A stretch of 62,282 nt of DNA, filler included, from Sluysia triapertura (taxonomy: Eukaryota), in assembly GCA_046118255.1 (NCBI GenBank). It is 5 parts of 5 records of this genome, joined end to end, with 100 filler letters (N's around TTAATTAATTAA, not from the genome) between each part and the next. Parts side by side here need not be neighbours in the genome. Positions count along the whole stretch, not along the records: positions 11,622 to 23,500 come from JBJNIA010161485.1; positions 23,601 to 36,781 come from JBJNIA010054439.1; 3 more parts are not named here. One strand, 5' to 3'. The notes under the pieces were generated by a model that was given only the letters and a program-made list of their open reading frames with translations, was not told the origin of the DNA and did no database searches. This document shows, piece after piece, positions 14,761 through 27,504 of the stretch. The first letter of the stretch is position 1. Each line of letters starts with the position of its first letter. A program made the position numbers and the translations under genes.

Positions 14761-15528
14761 ACCGTATATAATTAATTAATTTGACACAATTACCGTACAG
14801 TCGCTCAAATACTTAATAATTACATATAAATAAATATTTTTATATATTAAATTACCTAAAATACCTGCTAGTTCATTAAGAGTGCTTTCGGTCGCAGTAA
14901 CTCTTTTCATTTTCACTGGTTTGTAATTGATTCTGTATTTTTATCTCTAAGAAATATTAAAATAGCTATTATTACTGCTTTGTTTCAACTTTCTCCCAAA
15001 GATTTCTTGCAGTTATCACTGTATTGATTAATAATGTTATGATTATAATAATAATAATAACAATAAAATAATGATAATAAATAATTATCTATTTAAGATA
15101 ATAATTAGGTAATAATTCATTAAAATTATTAGTACAATATACAAATACTTAAAAAATAAAACAGTAAAACTTGAATCAAACAAATAATAATAATGAATAA
15201 AATAGTAATAAAAATAACAATATAAATAATAACAGTAATTACAACAATAATGAATATAACAAATTTTTATAAAACTATCAAATAAAAATATTAAGTATTG
15301 ACAAGAACTGTGAGAACTGATATTATAAGAATTGCGTTTGTGTTTTATGTGTATTGTTTGATGATTTGGTATTTTGAATTTTGTTTAAGATCTTATTTGA
15401 GGAATGCTTTTTTGTGTTGATGTTTGGTTTGCGAACGAAAATTCTTGAAGCGCCAATTGTAAGAATTGTGTTTCTCCAATAGTTTTCAAATAATGACAAG
15501 TTTTATCTTTTATTTTAGGCGCAATGAA

Positions 15529-16621
15529 ATGGGAATTATCCAAAGCTATCATTCGAATTCTGTCCCGGTTTTGGACGGTGGTCTAAGTGTGAGGGAGGTG
15601 ACGAGTACTAATACGGTAAATGGTTCCACTACGTACACCAACATGAGTCCATATGGAGCGCGTCTCCTTAAAAAAATGGGCTGGCATGAAGGTGAAGGTT
15701 TGGGAAAATGTCGTCATGGAACAACGTCAGCGTTGATATTCGAAACCAAGTTAGATCGAAGAGGGTTGACAAGCTACCAGGAGAAATACGAGGCCATTTT
15801 AGCTCGTCGTAATCGAGAATCAGCTCTTTCAGCGGTTAAGAATCCCATCAGTTTGTTGAATGAGTTTTGCCAGAAAAACAAATTACCACCTCCTTCGTTT
15901 CAAGACGTAAAACAAGAAAGTGGAGGTGGTTTCCCCACGTACAGAATATCTGTTAGTTGAATAATTTTTGAAGTAGTAATATAAAGTAGAGGAAAATTAT
16001 TAAAATAACTGCAAAGAAATTTAAATAAAACTGAGTAAACTTGTACTAATTGTGGAATGACATGATTGAATTTGATGACGAATCGGAGGTTTTATTATCT
16101 TCGATAGGTGGACCTGTGTGGTCTATTTCCGGCAATTTTTGATGAAATAGCTGAAAAGCAATTACATTAAGGCTACTCGCAACAAAGTTCGATGATGGGA
16201 TACCCACAAATTTACGATTTTAATGTGAATGAGTTAATCTTCCATATAAAACAATTTTATTTATTATTTTCGTCATTTTTAAGGTAAAATTAAAACATAT
16301 GCTTGAAATACGAATAGGACATTCATTTTAGTGAAATATTCCATAGGAATCTTAATTAAATATGTTTATGTTTATCGTTCTTTGTTATTTCTTCCCAAAA
16401 ATTACTTAAAAGTTAACGTTTACTGAAGTTTTCTGACTAAATCACTAAATCAGCGGTAATCTGTGTTTCGCAGCTCCTCTGAACATAATTTAATTTGTCA
16501 TGTTTTATTCCAGGTAACCATTCTTGGAAAGACCTATGTGACAGATGCTTGCTTTAGTAACAAGAAAGAGGCTAAAAATAAGACTGCTCAAATCGCTTGC
16601 GAGAAGATGAATCTGATCTAG
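15529..16621 (+). CDS. Small SON-like protein (G-patch + dsRNA-binding motif), 176 aa, 2 coding exons
   Basis: Exon 15529-15951 (acceptor ttttag at 15518, donor gttagt at 15952) encodes the G-patch YGARLLKKMGWHEGEGLGKCRHG...TKLDRRGL and the DSRM start KNPISLLNEFCQKNKLPPPSF. Exon 16514-16621 (acceptor ttccag) completes the DSRM in phase 0: VTILGKTYVTDACFSNKKEAKNKTAQIACEKMNLI*. The domain order and the KxDRxGL motif match the C-terminus of SON. Confidence 0.88.
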
Positions 16622-16796
16622 TAATGGTACTAGTAGTTTGTATTCGTATTGACATATTCAAGAAGGCTACTACTGTGATTTGTTTTGCTGGATGATGACG
16701 ATGTCTGGATACAGTAATTGTTTTCCATGTTGCATTTCTCGTATATACATATATATATATATTTTGCTAACCATTAATGATTTGAGTTAACTTTTG

Positions 16797-16802
16797 AATA
16801 AA
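16797..16802 (+). promoter_or_regulatory. Candidate polyadenylation signal of the SON-like gene
   Basis: First AATAAA about 175 nt after the stop codon. The hexamer is common in this AT-rich DNA. Confidence 0.3.
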
Positions 16803-17683
16803 TTGAGGGTTTTTACTTGAAACCGTGAATGCTTGTTACTTAGCGCCATTTGAATAAAATAATTGTCAATTCATAGTATTCGAAAAAGAAGAACATGCAT
16901 CATTGTTCTGTGAATATTTTCAAATTTTGCTAGAGCTTTCGGTAAGACAAGTGCAAGTGTACTTAATATCAAATTTCACTTAAAAAGGTCAAAAATTCAT
17001 AGTTTTGTTTTTAAAATGCGTTGAATTTAATGATAATAAAATAAATGTTGACGCTCGAATTAACTAGAATGTTGTTGCGTCTTGTATTAAAATATCAATA
17101 ATTGCAATTCTTATCACAATATATTGTAAATGATCACAAATAAGATATGGTCTACAGGATGACATTTATTCACAATATATGTTAATTTAGACTTCTAAAT
17201 TCAAATCAAAAGGAATCCCCAAAAATTTCGTAACAAAATATTAAACGACTGTCAAAGGGGAAATTCCCAAAAAATATATAAAACAAAACTTATTTAAATT
17301 AAACAATAAACATTTTACAAAGTTACTCAAATATTTTAAAAATTTTCATAGGGTGTCGTTTATCCTACAAAGGTCTTTGGAACTTCTTCAGTTTCAAAAT
17401 AATTTTAAATATTTTGCTGTTCATTATTCTTGTTCTCTAAGTAATAAATTATGCCTATATTATCGTATTTCAGCTATTATATGTATTTTAGATTCTCTTA
17501 CCTTTTAATCAATTTTCTACAAACTACTGGACAATCCCAACAAATATTATTGTTACATTTTTTTAACAGAATTTATATAAAATACACGATTAATATTTAC
17601 AAATATGTATTGATATTTCCATTACCACTGGGATTTTGAACATAAATAAATAAGATCCTTATAGAATAAATAAGATTTTTAAC

Positions 17684-17735
17684 GTGAGTCCCACCAACGT
17701 ACTAGGCTTACCAATTAGTGCTAGCCGTTGGATTT
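17684..17735 (+). repeat. Stem-loop repeat family, copy B
   Basis: GTGAGTCCCACCAACGTACTAGGCTTACCAATTAGTGCTAGCCGTTGGATTT, preceded by AGAATAAA. Confidence 0.8.
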
Positions 17736-19154
17736 ATAGGAAAGAATTTTTAATAACTTCCTAAGGTTCTAAAGTATCTGTGAATAAGGTTATTTGAATA
17801 ATTTGCTGTCAAATAATAATTCAGAAATTAAATATCTAAATGTTTAGGCTCTGGAAGTATTTTAAAGATAATGGGAGTAAATTCAAATATTTTAATAACT
17901 GAAAAAATAAGGGTAGAATTATTTAAAGAATAGTTTTCGTAAATCCTATGAAAAGGATTTGTAATATATGATTTGACGTGATCAGAATTAAATTCTGTTA
18001 AAGCTTTAATGCATGGACGATTTTATGATTTTGAAACTATATAAATTATTTGGTACTCAAATATGTATTAATAAATGTAATTGTACAACGATTTAATAAT
18101 TAAAATTAAGTAATAAAACGTTACGTTAATTAACTACCAGAGTTAATATTTTTTGCAAGAAATTTTAATTTGCCTTTTCGTAGGAACAGTTAAAAGGTTC
18201 CGTATATCTTTAAAAAATAGATTTTAAGTGGAGTTTGCGTTTGATACATATACGTATCGAATCCTACAAAAATAAACTAACGTTTTCTTTTAAATTATTC
18301 GGTAATTAAACAAAAGTTTTTTGATCAATTGGGTGTTCCTTGTCAAGTGAGAAGTCTTTCTTGGAATTATACAATGTAATTCTATTGTAGTTTAAAAATA
18401 TCAAATGAGGAGAAGTTTTCCTTAGGTTTGACAATATATGTTCTTGACCAACGAAACTCTATTGAGTTTTTAAAATTTTTTGTGTGTGCTGTAAATTTTT
18501 TTTCATACGTATTTATGTGTATTTTGTAATGTCCTTGATCGAAATAATTTAAAACAAAACTATTTAATTTAAAAACGAAATAATTAAAACTATTAATATT
18601 AATAAATTATTTATAAAATCATTTAGTTTTTAAAAATACAAATTATTTTCCAAAAATCGAATAAAATGGTAAATCAATTGTTAAAATATTAAAAATATAA
18701 ATCAATAACCAAAACATATCAATTGTACTAATAAATAATCAATAATAATATTAAAATCATTACGTCATTACATTAGATACTAATAATAAATAATATTAAA
18801 ATCATAATCACATTACATTACTCTCCAAACCGATAAAATTGGTCCCCAATTTGTTATTATTAAAATGTCTTCACAGGTAAAGTATTCGTCTTCTAAAATA
18901 TTTCTCAAATTACCTAAAAATATCCTGAAAGTCGGATTGGATTGATTCATTGTCACTGACGTCGAGGTATACAAAGTCTGTTCTGCGTCTCTTTATAACT
19001 CTGTCGCCTTCTTTTTCATCTCACATGTTTGTGTTTATAGTGTTCATGTGGAATTATAAATTTAAAAGCAATGTTATTATCATATGTAAAGATCGTGTCT
19101 TCAGTATAATTGTGTAATAAGTTTGTAGAAGAAGAAGGTATTAGACATTGATTT

Positions 19155-20104
19155 TTATTTACAACCAACTGTGGTAGGAATGACATCCTTTTTACTTAAG
19201 ATATCAAAGATAGAAATCGAAACTCGTGCATACTGCTCACAAGTAAAAGAGCGTGGTGTAAATGAATACAATAATTGCAAGACCCTTCGAGTTTTACTTA
19301 TAGGATTCAAAGATGTATGGGAGACAAGGTTGGTAAAGGTCAAGTTAACTATACTTCTCAACCAACTGTAAGGAATTTTAAAAGTCTTTATAATTATATC
19401 GGGGCAAAAAGACATGAAAACTTTATTGTGCAGTGATATTAGCCAAAATTTTCTTATTTTTAAATCGTCCTCCCGCAACTCGTGATCAACAGTTAAAAAG
19501 TTTTTGATTCTGATTCTAGGACGAATAGATTCAGTAGAATGGAAAGCTTGGTGATAATACATAAGACAAGCTATTATTATCTGATGTTTATCCTTAAGGT
19601 CTAGTGCCAACTGTACGGATATAAATACCAAGTTAGATTTCTCTGATAAAGAAATATGGGGTGTGTCACACGTTCCTCCAGTTTATAAAGATTATCTAGT
19701 TGCTGTTCTTCCTGCGCGAATAGGACTGTGAATGTTGAAGGCAACTCATTTGTATCGACATAAATACTACATCTATTTGAGGCCTTAGTAATGAACAAAG
19801 ACGTGAAACTTTGCACTTGCATTTGTAAGGAAGGAAAATCAACAAAGTGACTCTAAGGTTTCCTCTTGCCACTGCTATTAAGATTGGTCTATTGTTGGTG
19901 GGATATCAAGACAAACGGTGCATCTACTTTGCTCACGTGAAAAAGGTGAGTTATAAAAGGTTCGTCTATTTCAAATTTTAAAGTGTTGGGTGTCGTCTTA
20001 GAGTTAAAGAGGATATCAGGTGTGTCATTCTGATCACAGAAGCTGTCAGTACCATTATAAAAGGAAGATATGTTGTTAATGATTTTTGCTTGTAGTTGAC
20101 TCAT
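19155..20104 (-). pseudogene. Disrupted intronless ORF of unknown origin (about 315 codons)
   Basis: Three consecutive same-strand ORFs. 20104-19889 and 19822-19601 share a frame and are separated by two stops, and 19631-19155 is frameshifted. The block is clearly more GC-rich than its flanks. No recognisable motif. Confidence 0.45.
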
Positions 20105-20194
20105 TTTTTCAATCTGAATAAAATAGTATACTTTTTGAAGAAAATAAAAGAATACATAAAAATATATAGAATAATTTAATTGTTAGTTTATTTT

Positions 20195-20412
20195 TGTTGG
20201 AGTCGGTAAAGTCGGTATCGGTAGTCGGTGTAACTAACATTTTAACTATCATTATTTATTTATTCATTGACAGACTTTTTAATAAATTGAATTTTAACTA
20301 TCATTATTTTATTCATTAATTGTTTATTTAAAGAACTATTTCATTTTATTATTTATTTTAATTTTTTTTGATAGTTAAAATGTTAGTTACACCGACTTTA
20401 CCGACTCCAACA
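20195..20412. repeat. Fold-back / MITE-like inverted repeat with TGT...ACA ends
   Basis: The right arm 20369-20412 is the reverse complement of the left arm 20195-20251 (TGTTGGAGTCGGTAAAGTCGGT-GTAACTAACATTTTAACTATCA), apart from a 13-nt insertion in the left arm. Confidence 0.85.
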
Positions 20413-22427
20413 TATTTATATATAATTATCATATTTTATTATATCTTCATCATTAATTATATTCACTCTTTATATTCCACTCTCTCACAATATCATGAAA
20501 GTGTGAGAATTTATACATATCTCGTTATTTATATATTATTTTTACATTGACCAACAAATGGTTGGCATAGTAACATATTTAAACAACAATAATATAATTT
20601 TTGATAATTTAATAAATGTTTTAATAATAATAATAAATTTTTTGATAATTTATTAATAATTTAATAATAAATTTAATAATTTTAAATATTTATTTTGATA
20701 TAATAATTTTAAATATTAAATATTTATATTTATGATATTTTCAAATATTTTAATATAATTATTTAAATATAAAATACTATTTTAAATATTTTACATAAAT
20801 TTCAAATAAAATACCAAATAAATAATTTCTTGATATTGAGATTGAGACTCATTCAATTGTCTTTTAAAATTTATAGAGCATTACAAAAGATAAAAACACA
20901 ACAATATTATCAAAGTATTTGATAAAATTAAATTTATATAGACATTATTATCGATTTTTTGATTTTTTAAACGTAGTGTGATGATAATACTTTGGTGGAA
21001 CTTTGTAATAAGATATTTATTGATAATAAATCTGTAATAAACTAATTATTTACAATAAATCTCTTGATTAAGACTTTTAAAACATTGTTACTCAATTGTA
21101 ATTTGAGTGAATATAACTCTTTACGTACTGTTAGTATATTTGTGTATAAATGTATTGTATAATTCTTCTTAATTAATTATTGTTATTATACTAAAATAAA
21201 TAAAACTTAAAATTAATATTAAAGATTAAAATTATAAAATAAATGGAATTTGAATTTAATAATAATTTAATAAAATTAAAACAATAATATTAAAATTTTT
21301 AAAAGAAAATATATTATTTATTTGGAAATTTCAAAAATAATTATTTATTTAAAAAGTTTAATTTTGTTTTAATTACAAAAATCTTTATTTGGAAACCATT
21401 TTTAAAATTGTATATAAATAGGTAAGTTTAAATGAAAATTTTACATAACCATATTTAGATACCAAAATATTTAGAAAAATTTTAGCAAATAATTTTAGAA
21501 GGAAGTTTTATCCAGATATGTCAAATTCCATGATACACAAGTAGTTTTTACTTACAGAAGTTTCAAAAAGAGTTTCACTTTAATAAAGGAACCTTAAACT
21601 ACACTCAAAATCATTTTTATTTTAGCGCAAGACCTTAATACGGCATGCGTAAATAATTTTAAAATATCTCAACTAAGGTTGAATCTTAATTAAATTGACT
21701 GTCGATATTATAATGTAACTTTTGTACAAAAAAGCATTTTTCGTTTTTTAATAAAATTTTAGATTTACCGACTTATTGTTTAATTTGATAATTGTTAATA
21801 CGAGTTGCAGAAGTGTTAAATTTTCTAAAATAATAATTTTGAAGCAACACCTTGATACAGGTTGCGTAAATATAAATTTATATTTTAATCAACAACACCT
21901 TAAAAGGGTTGTAATATAATTTTAAAAGACTTATAAGTGATTAATTATTTTGTTATACACAGTAAGGTGCAAGTTATTTTTTAAGTTAAGTATAAATTAT
22001 AAAAATCCTATTAGCACGTCTTCAACAGTGGTATAAACCGTGTATATTAGGCAGGTTATTTTGTATATTTTGTAAGCAGGTTAAGTTCTTTATAAAGACA
22101 CTTGCAGTACTATTAAATTTAATAGTTATAAAATAATACCATTGAACAAATAATATAACTTAAAAATTGTTGCAAATTCAAGATCCTTATAAATAGGATA
22201 TCATTTAAAATACATACTAGAATTCAAATCATTCTAGCATATTACTTCTTAGTTACCTCCAACGAGCTTGCATCCTTATTCTTTCACTGACATCTATGAA
22301 TTAGCCCTTAATTGTGTAAGAACAATATCATAGAGGACGCACAATCAATAAGTAAAAATAAAGCATATGAAAATTACTATACGACTTACAATAAAATAAC
22401 TTTAAATAAATAATTAATTAAAATGTC

Positions 22428-22650
22428 AATTAACTTAATTAAGAAAAATTACGTTTGTGTGAATAACTTTTGAATAAGGAATGCTACGTTAAAATTGTAA
22501 TTGTGTATGTGTTTTAAAGAGAAAGCCTCCATATTGAGCAAAGTCGATTTTTAATTAAAAAATGCTGAAATTTTCATATTTAGAATGATGAAAAAATAGT
22601 GAATTGAATATGAAATGATTGCTATGAAAGAGGAGAATCCGAAAATGAGG
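22428..22650 (+). repeat. Dispersed repeat shared with 60236-60510
   Basis: Collinear blocks AATTAACTTAATTAAGAAAAA..GTGAATAACTTTTGAAT..GAAAGCCT..ATATTGAGCAAAGT..GAATTGAATATGA.ATGATTGCTATGAAAGAGGAGAATC occur at both sites. Confidence 0.85.
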
Positions 22651-23500
22651 TTAAAGACGCAACACAATTATTATCGTAGCTATTATGTTTAGTTTTTGTT
22701 CCTCTTTACTGTTTTTATCACTATTTGTTTTCTAAGATACAATAATAAAATTATTCACTGGAAAACTTGATTCGAAAATGCCGAGTAATTCAATTTCAAA
22801 AGTTCTTGCCTAATGAAATTATTTGAATAAACAACAATCATACAATACCTAAATTTTAATCTATTCAGACAGATACGAGTGGTGAATTCCTATCATCGTT
22901 TGTAGTGCAGTGTGCATACAATTTTAAAATGCACAGTATACAAGAAATTAAATAAACTAAAACTAAGATACATAATTAAATTTTATTTAAAACTTATTGT
23001 ACTCATTCAAATAAAAATTAAGAAATATTTTAAAGATATGTTGCAGATATTTTATCATTTATCAAATATTTTATCATTTATGATTAAAAAATTCATTTGA
23101 AATGAATATCAGAATTTTATCAAATATGCCGATAATTTTTATGTATTTTCAGAAAGATGTCAAATGCTTAGGAATATTTCATATTAGACCAACAACCGTA
23201 ACCATTAGATCATAGGTAATAATGTCTTCGAAAAGCGATTATGATAAACAAAATCAGTATACAATAAATTTCCGATGGATTGACCAAGTTCGACACATTG
23301 ATACAATATTATTTATTCGTAATTTTTATTCAATCATTTATTGTTCATGTATAAAAATATTTGATAATAATAATACATTAACTTAAATTGCGCTCATATC
23401 TACTGTGAAAGTACTCAAAAGCGCTTAAAATAAATCATTCACCATAATATTTCTGAAACAGAAAGAACTTTGCCTTTTTCTTAAATATTTCATAATCTTC

Positions 23501-23600
23501 NNNNNNNNNNNNNNNNNNNNNNNNNNNNNNNNNNNNNNNNNNNNTTAATTAATTAANNNNNNNNNNNNNNNNNNNNNNNNNNNNNNNNNNNNNNNNNNNN
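23501..23600. other. Artificial contig linker N44-TTAATTAATTAA-N44
   Basis: Same 100-bp linker. Confidence 0.97.
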
Positions 23601-23789
23601 TATGCCTTCCCATTTTGCAAATTGAAGTTCTAAAAGGATATAAATATTGTAAATATAAGATTTGATTTATATGAGGACACATTAAATTATAATCTAATAT
23701 TATTTTAAGGTCCTGTTGATTCCTCCAGTCTAATGGTGATGCATTGATACTTAACAATAAGGTACTAATTCTACGATGATGATCATTGA

Positions 23790-24310
23790 GGTTTGATGTG
23801 GAACGAAACAGATCCCTAATTTTGCGTTCTTCCATACAGACATGAACCATATTTATAATATTTGCAATCATGATCATAAATTTGTAAATGTTTAGACGAA
23901 GATATGATGTTACTGAGGTAACGTTTTGAATTGTCAGCCTTTGATTTGACTTTTGTCATGTCTTTAACTAATGGTATGCTTTTAATTTTGATTACATGCG
24001 AATCAACATCGATATGGAAACATATGCTTTTATCTATTTTCATCACGGTTATAAATGGTTGGTACTGAAACGTTTTTTCTGAAAGTCATGAAATATTTCA
24101 TCTTGTTTTACGTTTAGTCTGTCTACTAATTTTAATATACGATTTGATGGTAAAAAGCGAATTTCGATACATTTCGTGAATTTAGATTCCATAATTGGCT
24201 ATTTTACGAATTCTAATATTTTAAATTCTAAATCATCAAATTTTTCGATTAACACTAATTTTAACAAAATATCATCCAGAAGTTCATGTTTCGATGGTAT
24301 CATTTTCATA
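23790..24310 (-). pseudogene. Disrupted ORF with a partial CCCH-like zinc finger
   Basis: CKYYKYGSCLYG resembles the first half of a CCCH finger. Stops and frameshifts occur on both sides. Confidence 0.3.
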
Positions 24311-25708
24311 AATAATTGCTTTAAAAGAAAATAGGTTTAAAAATTGATACAAGTTTTAAAAACAATAATTCTAATTATCACTATAACTTTATAATTGTAT
24401 TTTCTAAATCACTTGAGTTGTTAAAATAATCACTATTATCTTTTTGTCACTTTTGATATAAAAATAATATACGCTTTATAATGTATTTAAATCTAATTAA
24501 CAAAATTGTAGCTCGTTATTGTTACTAAAATCAAATAAATTCATATTTATGATCTAAAACAGTTATGATGATTGGACATCCAATCCTAATTAGTGCTGAA
24601 AATATAAAAATAGAGTTGATTTGATGTGACTGGACGTCCAGTATTTAAAGTGATGGTATGAATATTTATAATGAAGTAGAAAGAATTTAATTAGAATGAT
24701 ATGAATGATGTGTATGTCATCGATAGACATGATATGACAGATAAGTAACACAAAAATAGTTACTCCCTCAATTAGTGATAATGAAAATAACGATTGTCAC
24801 AATTGATAATAATAATAATTATAATAAAATTTAACTAAAAATATAAATCTTTTATAATATGTTCAAAACATGATCTTTCTTTTAATTTTCTATTTCTCAA
24901 CTTATTAAAATTTCTCTAATAAAAGTTATTCCTAGTTCTTTTCTTTGTGGATACTTGGTTTCATTCTTTATGCTTTTTGAAATATAACTTGTGATTCTTA
25001 TTCCTTTGGTGAGATTACAAAGGTGTGAATTATGGAAAAAGCTGTTGAGAAATGTTCGATACTAGAGTGTTTAGAGAATGTCATTTTGATTACAACGTCT
25101 AAAAGGGTTTCAAAGTGTTAGTTTAATGTTTTCAGTGATGTTAGATATTGAGTGTTGAGGATTGTCAATTTGAAATATTTTGATTAATTTATTAGGTAAA
25201 TGTTTGGTGATTTTGGATGTTGAAATTGTGAATTTGAATGGTTTATATGAATTTTGAGTGTCATTATGATTTGGATATTGAAAGCTTGTGAATTAAATTG
25301 TGAATTGATGGTTTTAAATGTAATTGTAATTCTAATATTATGAATTATGAGTTGAAATGTTTTAAGTAAAATTTAATGTGGGTTGATGGTCTGAAAGTGA
25401 ATGTAATTTTAATGTTATGAAGTATGATTTAGAAATGTTTTGTGACAGTTGTAATAAGGTTTTATAGGAAGTAGAAGAGATAAAATATGAAAAGGTTTAG
25501 ATGTAAGAATAGTTAAAATGGTATATAATGTGATTCAATGTGAAGTATGTTGAATTAAATTAAGGATGTTTTAAATGAATATGTAAAATATATATTTGAT
25601 GATTTGTGATGTTGACTGTGATAAAATAAAATTTGTTAAAGTAATAGGTTGGCCACCACGTAACAAAGTAACATCCATATTAAATTTTATAATTTAATTT
25701 TTTCATCG

Positions 25709-25750
25709 AAATCCAACGGCTAGCCCTAACTGGAACGTTGGTGGACTCGC
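25709..25750 (-). repeat. Stem-loop repeat family, copy C
   Basis: Reverse complement GCGAGTCCACCAACGTTCCAGTTAGGGCTAGCCGTTGGATTT, preceded by AGAATAAA. Confidence 0.8.
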
Positions 25751-27240
25751 CATACGAAATGTTTTACTTTATTCTGTAAGTTAAGAAAAGTTCTATCAGA
25801 AATATACATCTAGAAAAATGGAATTTCTATTCTGTACCAAAAATAATAATCAAGTTAGAGAAAATATTACATTTTAGAAGTTGTTTTACTGTACAATTTC
25901 TATTAGATTAATATGAAACATTTTGTGCAAAACTCCAATTGAAATTTTAAATTTGGTAAGCGAAATTCTCATTTTACATCAAAAATAGACAAAGATCTCA
26001 ACTTACAGAAGGATAATAATTTATTTCGTTCTAAATGCAACATGAATATGCTTTTTTTGCGCATGAGCAGCTTGCCTATTAAATATGTACACGTAATTAA
26101 TAAATTTTCGAATATTTGATCGTGTCTGTAATTAGTAATTTAACTTTTGAATTCCGTAATTAAACCTACATCATTCATGTATAGCCAATCATTATATAGG
26201 TGCAACAAACACACTTGCACAGGACAGAACATCAATTATAATCTTTTTTATTGCATATAAATTTATTTATAATTTTATAATTCAAATTCAAAGTAGATCG
26301 ATACTAACACAGTTTGATAAAGAGAATAAAAGATGCATTATAAAAATATCATTTATTATTATTATTATTTACATGTTTGTTAATACTTTGAATAAAATAT
26401 TCTACTATTTAATTAAAATAGTATATTTTTGAATAAAAATTGAAAAAATAAATTCCAATGACAGACATCGTATAAAACGATTCACTGATTCAACTAAACG
26501 ACAACTGAAATATGATCACTGAACTGGAAGTCTCGTTCTATTTATCAATTTTAATGATTTACTCATGCGTCAAATGGAATGTCCGTTTTGAATTAATTTA
26601 AATTTAATAAACTCATTAGAGAAATAGTAAAAATAGTACTAGTACTAGTGTAATAATAATATTTTATATGCGATTCATGCGAAATTACAATTAAACCCTT
26701 TTGTGGCAAATAAAATCTAATATATCCTCATTTTTCATAATTTGATTTATCACCAGAAAAACATTATGCTAAACCGTTAATGTATTGGCATAATCATGCA
26801 ATAGGTTCATTGAAACGGAAAGTTTCTTTCTACCACATTTACTAATTATATGGTACATTTTTACAAATATAATTAGTAATTAATTATAATCGTAAAATTA
26901 TTTTGGCAAATTTTAGAAAATAATTTTAAATGGTTAAATTGCTTTTTTGTTTAAATAGTTATTTTATTTTAATGGATTTTTTAAAAACATTGAAAATTAA
27001 AATTTTAATAGGGCACCGGTTTTTGATTTTATCTTATAAACATGATTAATAAATAAATGGCTGTACTACGGTCTTAAAAATCATGAATTTTCATTATCTG
27101 GAGTGTTTTTTGAAATAAAATTCTAGATTATTTACGATAAATTTCTATTTGGGAAATGAATGTTTTATAATATAAAACATGCTTCATTGTTAAGTAATAG
27201 TTGTTCGTAGGTGTTTCATTACATACTGTAAAATAAACAT

Positions 27241-27278
27241 TAGGGCTGTTCCCGGTACACCGGTACCGGAAAATCCTT
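27241..27278 (+). mobile_element. hAT-like terminal sequence
   Basis: TAGGGCTG followed by repeated CCGGTAC subterminal motifs forms a GC island in AT-rich DNA. No second end was seen. Confidence 0.35.
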
Positions 27279-27504
27279 CAAAGTCCCAACCCTTTGAAAG
27301 ATTAAAACAATATGTTTTGATGTAACTATTAAACAATTTGTTTATACGCAAACTACGTTTTAGCCATAATAAATAAACATTTTTTGTGTTCATTGAATAA
27401 TTAATTGAAAATCTGTGTCGATTTCATATCAAATTGATTTTTCAAACTCAAGTAAAAAACTTAAATATATTTAATACGAATATATACAAAAATTGTGTAG
27501 GGAA

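Noticed and set aside
23545-23877. 110-aa ORF running into X residues
   Set aside because: Extended artificially through the N linker.
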